Assembly: GCF_048593235.1 (NCBI RefSeq)
Contig: NC_133621.1
Coordinates: 190,547,238-190,611,237 of the forward strand
Origin: Sminthopsis crassicaudata
Lineage: Eukaryota
Reading direction: 5' to 3'
Length of the DNA stretch: 64,000 nt
Position numbers and translations under genes: made by a program. The notes under the pieces were generated by a model, which saw only the letters and a program-made list of their open reading frames with translations, was not told the DNA's origin and did no database searches. Below are positions 11,985 through 23,558 of the stretch, in pieces (within the stretch, counting starts at the first letter, position 1; each line of letters starts with the position of its first letter).

Positions 11985-12394
11985 TGTTTGTTACTGAATT
12001 GAATTGATTTAGGAAGTTCTGTGGTAAACAAGAGATTTTTTTTCTGTTACTAACTAGGCCAAAAGGAAAGTACAGTGAAAACTACATTTTTTAAAATATG
12101 TCTGTTAAATTTTGTATTTTTGTGGTTGAAAAAGTACTCATTTACTTGACACTGATCCTTACAGGTGTTTCGGCTTTGAAAAAATCTGAAAAAAAAAAAA
12201 AATAATAAATAAATAATCAAAACATAGTGTTCTTAAAATCTTGTTATATAATCAATATTTGTAGAGCCTTCAAGTTAAATGGACAACATTGTATCAATAA
12301 CTGTGAAATGAGAGAAGCAACAAATGGGGAATATGTCTCTCTCTTTTTGGGCACCATCATCCAATTCTGTCATATGGGGAGACACCATAATTCA

Positions 12395-12620
12395 GCTAGG
12401 TGGCATAGTGGATAGAGAGTTAGATCTGGAATCATAAAATTTTAAGTTCAAATTCAGTTTAGCTATGTGATGTTGAGCAAGACATTTAATCTGTCTGCCT
12501 CAGTTTCCTCAACTGATAAATAATGAGGACAATGATAGTATCTAATTCACAGGTATTGTGAAAATAAAATAATGTTTGTAAAGTATTTTGCTAACTTAAA
12601 GCACTATATAAATGTTACCT
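12395..12620 (+). mobile_element. MIR
   Basis: cagctaggtggcatagtggatagagagttagatctggaatca...ctgcctcagtttcctcaactg. Confidence 0.85.
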
Positions 12621-12914
12621 AATCTTCCGTCCTTATCCATGATGATGATGATGATGATGAAAAAAAAAAATCACTTTTGCCATGAAGACTAGACATTGCT
12701 CAGAGGATATGCTTCATTCATCCATTCAAACATTTTTTATAGCTAGATTAATGCCGTCATCCTATAAAGTCCCTCATTGTCTCATACCTAAACTGATTCA
12801 ACAGCTTTTATACTCTATCCTGCCAGACACATCACTGCCAAACTTATTTTCCTTAAGCCATATTTTAAATCATCTCAGAATCTCAAAGTTAGAAGCAACC
12901 TCAGAGGCTGTACT

Positions 12915-13550
12915 GTACCTGATTCAATCATTCTGGAGAGCAATTTGGAACTATGCTCAAAGGGCTATCAAATAGTGCATTTTCTTTGATCCATCAGTGT
13001 TTTCTACTGGGGTTATAGCCCAAAGAGATCATAAAAAAGGGAAAAGGACCCACATGTGCAAAAATGTTTGTGCCAGCCCTTTTTTGTGGTGGCAAGAAAC
13101 TGGAAACTGAATGGATGCCCATCAGTTGGAAAATGGCTGAATAAGTTATGGTATATGAATGTTATAGAATATTATTATCATTCTATAAGAAATGATCAGC
13201 AAGATGATTTCAGAGAGGGCTGGAGAGACTTATATGAACTGATGCTAATGAAATGAACAGACCCAGGAGACCATTGTATACAACAACAAGATTATATAAT
13301 GATCAATTCTGATGCATGTGGCTCTTCTCAATAATGAGATGATTCAGACCAGTTCCAATGATCTTGTGACGAAAAGAACCATCTGCACCCAGAGAGAGGA
13401 CTGTGGGAACTGAGTGTGAATCACAACATTTCACAATATTTTCTTTTTTTGTTGTCGTTTGCTTGAATTTTATTTTCTTTCTATTTTTTCCCTTTTTGAT
13501 AATTTTTTATTTGTGCAACAAGATAATTGTATAAATATGTATGTCTATTA
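12915..13550 (+). mobile_element. 5'-truncated L1 (ORF2 C-terminus plus 3' UTR)
   Basis: FWRAIWNYAQRAIK and FFVVARNWKLNGCPSVGKWLNKLWYMNVIEYY; paralogous to 22673-23558. Confidence 0.95.
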
Positions 13551-13879
13551 AAAAACATATTTTACTAAGTTCATCCATTATAAACTTAAAACATTATTTC
13601 ATTTTCTCAATGAGCCTTTATTAAGTGCTTACTATGTAAGTTACATAGTAACTTAACATGTAAGCTTGCTGTGCTTACTGTATAACAGATAATGAGGTTA
13701 CAGAAGATACAAAACTAAGCCAGTCTCTGCCAACAGACAGCTTGCCTTCTATTTGGGGAAATACTATATATATGTATGTATGTATGTATACATGTCCAAA
13801 CAGTTGTTTTGCTGTACAAAAAGGATCAGACTTTGAAATAGTGTACAATTAGCTTGTGAAGGAAATCCAAAATGCAGGC

Positions 13880-14150
13880 AGATAAAATTAGAGGAATTGG
13901 GAATTCTATGTAGTGGTTCATAATCATCTCCCAGAGTTCTTGAAGCAAAAGTTTTTTTAATAGAGTTCAAAAAATGTTTTTATCAATGAAGTGAGTATAT
14001 TAGAAGGAAAAATGGGAAAGAAATTAGAGTTATGAAAGAAAGAATTGGAAAGGAAATTATCACTTTAGCACAGAAGACACAAAACCTTACCAAAAACAAC
14101 AAATATCCTAAAAATTAGAATGAGAATTAGAAAAATGAAGCAAAAAATGT
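13880..14150 (+). mobile_element. L1/HAL1 ORF1 fragment
   Basis: Degraded coiled-coil coding text (gaagtgagtatattagaaggaaaaatgggaaagaaatt). Confidence 0.5.
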
Positions 14151-14469
14151 AATCACTCAATATTTTTTTGCTCAAATATACATATTATAACAAGATATTG
14201 TTTTTATTTTGTTTTTGTTGAGGGGGAAAAGTTGGAGAGGGGAGATTTTTGGTGAATGGAAAAATAAAATATAATTTAAAAAACAACTAAAATAATCACA
14301 AGGAGAAACTCAGAAAAAGAATTTTTAAAAATAAAGTGTTTTGTTAAAGAAATGAGAGGTCAGATATATTAATATACTTTTATGGATCTATGAAATTATT
14401 TCAGAAAATAATTTGGCTATACACAGTCACCAAACCATATAAACCCGCTGACCCAGATTTGTTTTGGAT

Positions 14470-15065
14470 TTGGCCTATTGTGTTTTATAAGGAATTTATT
14501 TTTTAAATGGATTTTTTGATTGATTGTATTTTTAAAGGATTCTTTAGTAAATTTTTTTCCTTCCTTTTCCAAATTGCTGACTCTCTCTCATATACCTCTC
14601 ATTTCTTTTCTCATTTTTTTCTTCTATTTCTCTTATCTTCCTTTTAAAACATTAATGGTCACTTCCAAGAAAGCTTTTTGGATTTGAGACCAATTCATAT
14701 CACTCTTTGAGATTTCCTCTGTAGACATTTTGTCCTCATCTGAGTTAGTGTTTTGATCTTCCCTGTCATCATAGTAGCTTTCTATGGTTAAGATTCTTTT
14801 CTGTTTCTTGCTCATTTTCTTTCATTCTCTTTTTGTATTTTATCTTTTGTGACTTTTATGCTCAAGCTCTGATCCTGGGGTAAAGAGGGTGCTGTTCCAA
14901 GCTTCCCATGCAGCCCTGAGCGTTGGCTTTGAGCACAAGGATTTCTTGTGTTTGGTGTCTTACTTACAGCCTCTTGGTTCTGGCTCAGTAGCAAAGCAAA
15001 CCAGTAAGGAAGCCTCCAGTCCCAGTTCAGAAGGCAAATTCTGGGAAATCAGGCTGTTTCTTGGA
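14470..15065 (-). mobile_element. L1 5' UTR plus ORF1 N-terminus (inverted relative to 15070-18030)
   Basis: Minus ORF MSKKQKRILTIESYYDDREDQNTNSDED...MNWSQ is the typical marsupial L1 ORF1p start. Confidence 0.85.
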
Positions 15066-15069
15066 AAGA

Positions 15070-18030
15070 GCAGGTAAAGCTAACCCATGCTGTAAGAAAA
15101 AAAAATCCACTGAAGAAAACAATACTTTGAAAAGTAGAATTAATCAAATGGAAGAAAAGTTACAAAATCCAACTGAAGAAAATCACACATTAAAAACTAG
15201 AACAGGGCAAATCAATACTGTGGGATATCAAAAATTAGCCAAAGAATGAAAAAATGGGGGGGGGTGTAAAAATTACCTCACTGGAAAAAAGAGCCAACTT
15301 AGAAAATAGATCCAGAAGAGACAATTTAAAAATTATTGGCTTACCTGAAGTCCATGACTACAAAAAGAACCTGGATAGCATTCTTTAAAAGATCATCAAG
15401 GAAAATTGTCCTGATATATTAGAACCAGAGGGAGAAATAGTCAATGGAAGATTCCACAGATCACCTCTGGAAAGAGATACCACATGGAAAATCCCAAGGA
15501 ACATTGTTGCAAAACTCCAGAACTGTAATCTAAAGGAAAAAATACTGCAAGCTACCATACAAAAATAATTCAAGCAAAAAGGAGCAACAATCAGAATTAC
15601 TGAAAATCTGGCAGTATCTACAATAAAGAATCAAAGGTTCTGGAATACCATATTCTGGAGGGCAAAGAACTTGGGGATACAACCAAGAATTAACCATCCA
15701 GTAATGCTGAGTATCATTTTTCAGGGGAAGAGAAGGATCCTTAATGAAGTAAAATATTTTCAATCATTTCTATTGAAAAAAACAGAATTAAACAGAAAAT
15801 TTGATCTTCAGGACTTAAGAGAAGCAAAGAAAGATAAATGGGGGGGAATAGATAAATTGTATTTTATTTAAATGTTAAATTGTTTACCTCCTTAGATGAG
15901 AAAATGATATCTATAATTTTTGAGTTAGAGGGGGCACAGATGGAAAGAAGATGCGGTTACCATAGGATGATATCAAAGAAAAAGACATTAAGATATGAGA
16001 AAAGAATTGTACTGAGAGAAGAAAAATGGGGAGGTATAATAGGACAAATTAGATCACATAAAGAGGCACAAAAGACCTATTACAATAGATGGAAAGATGG
16101 GAAGAGAATGAGCATTATCTGAAGTTTAATCTCATCAGTTCTGGTTCAAAGAGGGAATAACTTTTCTTTATCATATAGCTTTTCATTATAGCTTTTCATT
16201 ATCAAAATATATGAAAAGATAGTTTTCAACATTCACCCTTGCAAAAATATGTGTTCCAAATTTTTCTCCCTCCTCTCCTGCCATCTCCTCCCCTAAATAA
16301 CTCCTCCTCCTTTATTATTCCTTTCCCCTTTTACTTCTGTTCTCTCTTCTATTACCTCCTTTTCTTTCTACTTTTTCCTCCTACTTTTCTATAGGATATG
16401 ACAAGTTTTTATATCAAACTAAATATGTCTGACATTCTGTCTTTGAGCCAAATCCAATGAAATTAAGATTCACACAAGGCTGATCCCTCTCCCTTTTTTT
16501 CCTTCAATTGCAACTGTTCTTTTTGGCCTCTTCTTGTGATGTAATTTACCTCCAGTTTACTGAAATAATCATTTAATCACTCAGCTGGGTATAGAAATTT
16601 ATCTTACTCTAAAAAGAAGTAGGAGGAGAAAGAAAAAAGAAAAGGAAGAAGCTGGGTAGAAGAGAGGACAGAAACACTAGGAAAAAAGGGTAAGAGAAGG
16701 GAGAAGGGTGATATAAGATAGAACAGGTAAATGGCAGTTAGAAACAAAACACTGCTAAGGAGGGATTGGGTAAAAAGAAAGAGCATAAATATATATAGGG
16801 AAGAAAATAGGAAAGAGGAAAATACAGAACTGATAATCATAACCATGAATGTGAATGGGATGAACTCTCCTATAAAATGGAAGCATATAGCAGAATGGAT
16901 TAAAAAACAGAATCCTACAATATGTTATTTACATAAAAATACATTTGAAACAGAGAGATACATTTAAATTAAGGGTAAAAACCTGGAACAGAATTTATTA
17001 TGCTTCAGCTGAAGTAAAAAATGCAAGGGTAGCAATTCTTATCTTGGATGAAGCAAAAGTAAAAAAAAGATCTAATTAAAAGGAATAAGGAAGGAAACTA
17101 CATCTTGTTAAAGAATACCATAAACAATGAAGTAATATTAATACTAAATGTATATGCACCAAATGATAGAGCATTCAAATTCTTAGAGAAGATATTAAAC
17201 CAGTTGCAGAAAGAAATAGACAGCAAAACTTTAGTAGTGGGGGACTTCAACCTTCCCCTCTCAAAATTAGACAAATCTAACCACAAAACAAATAAGAAAG
17301 AAAATAGGGAGGTTAATACAATAGGGACAGAAAGGAATACACCTTTTTTTCTCAGCAGTACATGGCAACTACACAAAAATTGACCATGTATTAGGGCATA
17401 AAACCCCTCATACTCAAATGCAGAAAGGCAGAAATAGTAAATGCTTTCTTTTCAGACCACAATACAATAATATTATATTCAATGAAGGACCAAGGAAAGA
17501 CAGAATATTTTATTCTAATTCTAAAGACTAAATGAGTCAAACAACCAATCATAAAAATAATCAATAATTTCATCCAAGAAAATGGCAATAATGAGACAAT
17601 ACCAAAACCTGTGGGATCCAACCAAAGCAGTTCTTAGGGGAAACTTTGTATCATTAATAGTAGCATGAATAAAATAGAGAAAGCAGAAATCAATGAACTG
17701 GGCAGGCAACTAAAAAACCTAGAAAAAGAACAAATTAAAATCCCCAATGAAATACCAAATTAGAAATTATGAAACTCAAATGAGAGATTAATAAAATTGA
17801 AACTAAGAAAACTATTAAACTAATTAATAAAACTAAAATTTAGTTGTATAAAACAACAACAACAACAACAAAATAGATAAACCTTTGGTTTGGATAAATC
17901 AAATTACCAGCATGAAAAATGAAATGGATGAACTTAGCACCAAGGAAAAGAAATCAAAACAATAATTAGAAACTATTTTGCCCAACTATATGCCAGCAAG
18001 TCTGACAGTATAATCAAAATGGATGAATTA
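15070..18030 (+). mobile_element. L1 ORF1 (coiled coil to CTD), inter-ORF region and ORF2 endonuclease; disrupted, 3' end missing
   Basis: TEENNTLKSRINQMEEK heptads; LENRSRRDNLKIIGLPE; GIQPRINHP; ITMNVNGMNSPIKWK; LNVYAPND; LVVGDFNLPLS; FSDHN. Contains multiple stops and frameshifts. Confidence 0.95.
16162..16570 (-). mobile_element. Antisense L1/HAL1-like insert within the L1 above
   Basis: L1 3' tail (ttcaacattcacccttgcaaaa...tgttccaaattttt) joined to inter-ORF-like text (ctttgagccaaatcc). The host resumes at about 16575. Confidence 0.6.
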
Positions 18031-19499
18031 TTTACAAACTTGGGATGATTTTTGAAGGGATCCAGAAATTCTAGTAGAGATGAAAAGGAAGGACATTCCA
18101 AACATGAAGTACAAATGTTATGTGTGTAGAAGATAGAATGGGGCTTATGGGGGCAAATGATTTGGTTTAGCAACTTGAGCTCCTCAAGGGCAACTGAGTT
18201 CTTTACCATCTCCTACTTATCTTGGATATCTTCTTTCCACTGGCCACTTTTGTTCTATCCATTCCACTCAAAGGATTATTCTCTTTGACATATAGGATGG
18301 AAGCAAAGTAAGAGCTGAGCAGCTATACTTTCTCCGTGGTCTGCTAAAATCACTGTTTATCCCTCCTTTGCCTATGCTCTTTGCCTTAATACAATTATAA
18401 AATGGAGTGAGGGGAGTAAAAAACAGATTTTTCTCCAATTTGGAGTGCATGTTAAAATTTATCTAACCTCAGTTTTCCTTTCCTTTCCTATTCCAATTTT
18501 TAAAGTTGAAATGGTCATTTCCTTAATAATTCCTATAATTTAGCCTTGTTTCTCTCCAACAACTAGGCATGAATTTAAAGGGGATCTGAAGAGAGAATCA
18601 CAGATTTTTGAGCTGGAAATCACTTTGGAGGCCACCCAGTATACTTTAAACCACCCCCCTCCCTCGTCATTTTATAGATGTAAAAACTGATCCTGGAAAG
18701 AAAATGACTTGCTTAAGTGGCAAAATTGAGATTATGAAATCAAATCCTTTGTTTCCAAATTCAGCATACCAAGATTTCTCTCCATTACAGTAGTAATCTG
18801 AAGTAGCTGGGGAGCCATGGCACTTGAGTGTGTAACTGGTTATCCATAGAACCATCTTTTCATGAAAATCAGATCTAGAATAAAAGTTCCTTTCATCAGT
18901 TCCTCCTTCCACCTTTTAAAGGAAGAAATTACTTCTATGCTTTGGAGAAAGAGACAGAAATGGGGGGGAAGGGGTTCCAGCAGATAATTGGAATCTCTCA
19001 TCACCACATTATCATGCTTCTATGCCAGGTTTGTGATCTATTTCCCAAACTCCTCATCTACTTCTTTCTGTCCAGGTGGCTTGCATTGCAATGATGTTAT
19101 AACTTTTGCTTTTTGTTCCTGCTGATTTTCATCCAAATGTTCTCTATCTTATTTTCCCACCTTTAATTCCTAGATTTCCTCATCTGGGTACATCTCTAAA
19201 TTTATTGTTATTCTCCTCCTTTTCAATACTAGCTATACCATACTTTTAAAATAAGATATATCCTTTCAGAACCACATTCTAGTCATTGGTCACATTCCAC
19301 TAAGTCTCAGTGGTAATTATGAGGTCAAATTGCTTATATATGTTAAGTTGGATCACCTATTTGATGTAACCTATGCTTTGTGAATTTATGTATAGACTTT
19401 TTAGGTTAGGGGTTTTTCTAGATATGGGAGATATGAGGATTCTGGTCATCACAACAATAAGACTATATTTACCTTGTGGGAAAAATGTGAAGAGGGAGA

Positions 19500-19645
19500 G
19501 TATTGATTGATTTGCCCTTTTTGTTTTTAAGATAGTCTCAAAACTCTTCTCCAGCACTACAATTCAAAAGTTCTATCGCACTCAGCTTTCCTTATTAGTC
19601 AAATTCTCATAGTCATGTATTGCTACTGCTATAATCCCCTTTACC
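19500..19645 (-). mobile_element. BovB (RTE-BovB) RT C-terminal fragment
   Basis: ctcaaaactcttctccagcactacaattcaaaag...cactcagctttccttattagtc...catgtattgctactg aligns by eye to the BovB region encoding ESWTIKKAERRRIDAFELWCWRRLLRVPWTARRSNQSIL. The minus ORF retains KRANQSIL. Confidence 0.75.
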
Positions 19646-19849
19646 TAACAATTAGCTTTCTTTCTTGTTTGCTTGAAGATTTACAGTGAGAAGGAACTTA
19701 CTGATTCCAGTTATGACCAGCTCTAATTATTAGGGAATTTTTTTCCTAATTTTGAGTCAAAATTTCTCTCTGTGTAGCTTTTAATTTTTATTGCTTCTGC
19801 AGGGAATTCAAGAAAAATAAAGACCAAAAAAAGCTGCTAGGTTTAGCAA

Positions 19850-21200
19850 TTAGAAGATTACTGGTAAAAATGAAGAGAACAATTTTGGTTGAATGATGAG
19901 GTTGGAAGCCAAATTGTAAGGAGTTAAGAAGAGAATGAGAGGAAGGAAAATGGAAGCACCTAGTATAAATGGTTCAGCTTACAAAAGTATTGTGCAGATG
20001 GAGGAAACATAGAAGTGTTTGTGCTTAGTAGAGAAGCAACCAGTAGACAGGAAAAGAATGAAGATAAGTAGGAAAGTGGGGGTGCTAGAGGAGGCAATCT
20101 GATCTGGAGGAGATGGGATGGAATGAGATCACCTGTACAAATAGAGGAGTTTGCCTTGGCAAAATGTTGTGTGAGATGGAGGCAAAGGAAGAAATGGTGG
20201 GAAAAGGCATATGAGCGATATGAGGAGAAGAGGGAGCTCTTAGTGAATGGCATCAATTTTTTTTCAATAAAAGTTAAAGCAAGGTTCTTAGTTGAAAGGG
20301 TAGGAGGGAGGGAGAGCCATGGGAAGTGAGGAAGGATGAAAACCTTTGGAAGAGCTACTAAGGAGAGTTCGATGGTGAATTGATAAGGAAGGTATAGAAG
20401 ATTGTTTATTGGCAGTAAGGACTCTATTGAGATTATGTAGCATAAATTTGTAACAGACCCTGTCAGAATGATTACATGATTTTCTTTACTTATGTTCAGT
20501 ACTATATGTGGAGTGATGGAAGCAAAAGGTAGAAGTAATCCTACCAGAGCTAAAACTTAGCAGTTTTATGACAGAGAACTCAAGAGAATAGTTTGGTATA
20601 GAGGGACCAAAGAGTCAATAAGAGGAATAGAGAAGTTAGTATCTACAGTAGGAGTGATGAGCTGAGAAAGAATTGGGCAGTCAAGAGTTTGAAGGTCATA
20701 GTATAAATGAAGATTAAGGATTGGTGAGAGAAAACAGAGGGAGAGATAGAAAGCCAGTAGACTATGGTCAAATAAGAGAAATTCTGAATTATTGAATATG
20801 GAGGTGATGCATTTGTAGCTGATGGAAAGGTCAAAAGTATAACCATCATATGTGGCTGAGGTGGGGTAGAGAAATAGTTCATGAGCAACATGGCCTTCTG
20901 TCAAACACAGTAATTAAACTTCAGTATGCTTCATCATCAAGAATTTATTTGACAATACCACAGGGTGTTTTTTTAATTCATAATCAAAATTAAAGGGCAG
21001 GAGTTGGGGAGAAGAGAAAGATTCTAGGGCAAGTTGGGGGAGGAAGAGGAGTGTCCTGGAGGTCTGTAGACAATTTTTTATTAGGTGGAAGATATGGATT
21101 ATATGGACCTAGAAGTGGGACATATTACAGTGCCCTATTCCAGTGAGGGAGGGTATTAGGGTGAAAAGAACTTACTGTTCTGTGTTGCCATCATTTCATT
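19850..21200 (-). mobile_element. L2 fragment including endonuclease-domain remnants
   Basis: Minus strand gives IVYRPPGHS (about 21050-21080) and DGYTFDL...SEFLLFDHSLLAFYL, matching APE-type EN motifs of L2. Confidence 0.75.
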
Positions 21201-21509
21201 CCTGTATTCACATATTCAGTATCTCTCAAAATGCCCTCTTTTTTCTCCAGTTTGATCATTATAACCAGTAGTGATGGAATACAGGTGGAAAGTAATAATG
21301 AGAGGAGTACAAAAGGAGTTAAAGGCTGTTGTGGACACAAGATCAGTTTGTGCTGGCTAGGTACATTAAAAAGAAAACAAGCATGTAGATAGTAAAATGT
21401 TGTCTGTGAATAAATTGCTAAACTTCATGCAGTGTATAGGATTTGAGATTGATGAATTAGGAATAGAACCCATTCTGGGACTAAATGTATTTAACACTCT
21501 AATAATAAA

Positions 21510-21801
21510 NNNNNNNNNNNNNNNNNNNNNNNNNNNNNNNNNNNNNNNNNNNNNNNNNNNNNNNNNNNNNNNNNNNNNNNNNNNNNNNNNNNNNNNNNNN
21601 NNNNNNNNNNNNNNNNNNNNNNNNNNNNNNNNNNNNNNNNNNNNNNNNNNNNNNNNNNNNNNNNNNNNNNNNNNNNNNNNNNNNNNNNNNNNNNNNNNNN
21701 NNNNNNNNNNNNNNNNNNNNNNNNNNNNNNNNNNNNNNNNNNNNNNNNNNNNNNNNNNNNNNNNNNNNNNNNNNNNNNNNNNNNNNNNNNNNNNNNNNNN
21801 N
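21510..21801. other. Assembly gap (292 N)
   Basis: N run. Confidence 1.
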
Positions 21802-21899
21802 CAGAATGGTGGTATGAATAGACTACTGAACCTGAGGCCAGAAAAACTTGGATACAAATTTCAGAAAAGGAGTGGGTGAGATAAATTACATAATTTTTA

Positions 21900-22460
21900 A
21901 AATTTGTATTTACTTTATTCTAAATATGAGAAATAAAATAAGCATTTCCATAAAATAGTGGAATAGAAACCAAAAGATGATTGTACATGAAACTGCAAAA
22001 CTCTTATGTATAACTTGCCATTCCTTTTAAATTATAATAAAGTTATAATGTAACTTTCTTTTCCTTTTTTTCTTCTCCCCCACCCATGAGATGGTTACCC
22101 TTAGATACATACATACATACATATATGTACATGTATATACAATCTATATAATAAGTATACATAATTATTCTGTATCATTTCTTTTTATAAGTTCTAGATA
22201 GAGACAATGTCCTTCATAGGTCCTTTCTAGTTAACTTGAGTATATGTAATAGTCAAAATGACTTCTTCACTCAAAGTTGGTCTTAAAACAATATTGCTGT
22301 TACTGTACAATTTTTTTTGTTCTGTTATTTTTTCTCTTCATTACTTCATGCAAGTTTGTCTTTCTTTTTTTCTAAGATCATCAAGTTTATCATTTCTTAT
22401 AGTACAGTATTATGTCACAATCATATACTACAATTTGTTCAGTCATTCCCATTTTTTTTA
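21900..22460 (-). mobile_element. L1/HAL1 3' end with (TACA)n
   Basis: cagtattatgtcacaatcatatactacaatttgttcagtcattccc. Confidence 0.7.
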
Positions 22461-22672
22461 AAACAGGAGATATATAACATTAAGTATCAAAGTTCATTTT
22501 CAAGGTTCTCTAGATGTCCTAGAAAAGATTTATTGCTATTGAAATGTGCTGTATGTATCCAACCTCCTTCCTATCATGCTGAATTGGCAGAGTAAGGGTG
22601 AAAGAAGCAGCATTCATGAGTATCCCTAATAACCCAGAAGTTCTACTTTAGAAGCAAGATGAAAAACTAGTG

Positions 22673-23558
22673 GCTTCTCGGATTGGCTAAGATAATAAGA
22701 AAAGATAATGATGAATGTTGGTGGGGATGTGGGAAAACTGGGACACTAATACATTGTTGGTGGAGTTGTGAATTGATCAAACCATTCTGGAGAGCAATTT
22801 GGAACTATGCCCAAAAGGCTATCAAACTGTGCATACCCTTTGATCCAGCAGTGTTTCTACTGGACTTATATCCCAAAGGCATCCTAAATGAGGGGAAGGG
22901 ACCCACATGTGCAAAACTGTTTGTGGCAGCCCTCTTTGTAGTAGCAAGAAACTGGAAACTGAGTGGATGCCCATCAATTGGAGATTGGCTGAATAAATTG
23001 TGGTATATGAATGTTATGGAATATTATTGTTCTGTAAGAAATGACCAGCAGGATGATTTCAGAGAGGCCTGGAGAGACCTACATGAACTGATGCTAAGTG
23101 ATACTAAGTGAAGGGAGGAGAGCCAGGAGATCCTTGTACACAGCAACAGCAAGATTATATAATGATCAATTCTGATGCATGTGGCTCTTTTCAACAGTGA
23201 GATGATTCAGGCCTGTTCCAATGGTCTTCTGATAAAGTGAGCCATCTGCACTCAGAGAGAAGATTGTGGGAACTGAATCTGGATCACAACATAACATTTT
23301 CATTTTTTGTGGATTTTGCTTGCATTTTGTTTTCTTTCTCATTTTTTCCCTTTTTGATATGATTTTTCATGTGCAGCATGATAATTGTGGAAATATGTAT
23401 AGAAGAATTGCATATGTTTAACATATATTGAATTATTTGCCATTTAGGGGAGGGAGTTAGAGGAAAGAAAGGGAAAAAATTGAAACACAAGGTTTTGCAA
23501 AGGTGAATGTTAAAAATTATCCATACATATGTATAAAATCTTTAATAAAAAAAGAAAA
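22673..23558 (+). mobile_element. 5'-truncated L1 with poly-A tail and TSD
   Basis: ORF2 C-terminal ORF (CWWGCGKTGTLIHCWWSC...LWYMNVMEYY). TSD GAAAAACTAGTG (22661-22672) versus GAAAAACTATTG (23559-23570). Confidence 0.97.

Noticed and set aside
12060-12090. CAGTG as an iron-responsive element downstream of HEBP1
   Set aside because: No paired upper stem and no bulged C.
22683-23111. 142-aa ORF as a host gene
   Set aside because: It is the L1 ORF2 C-terminus within a TSD-flanked truncated insertion.
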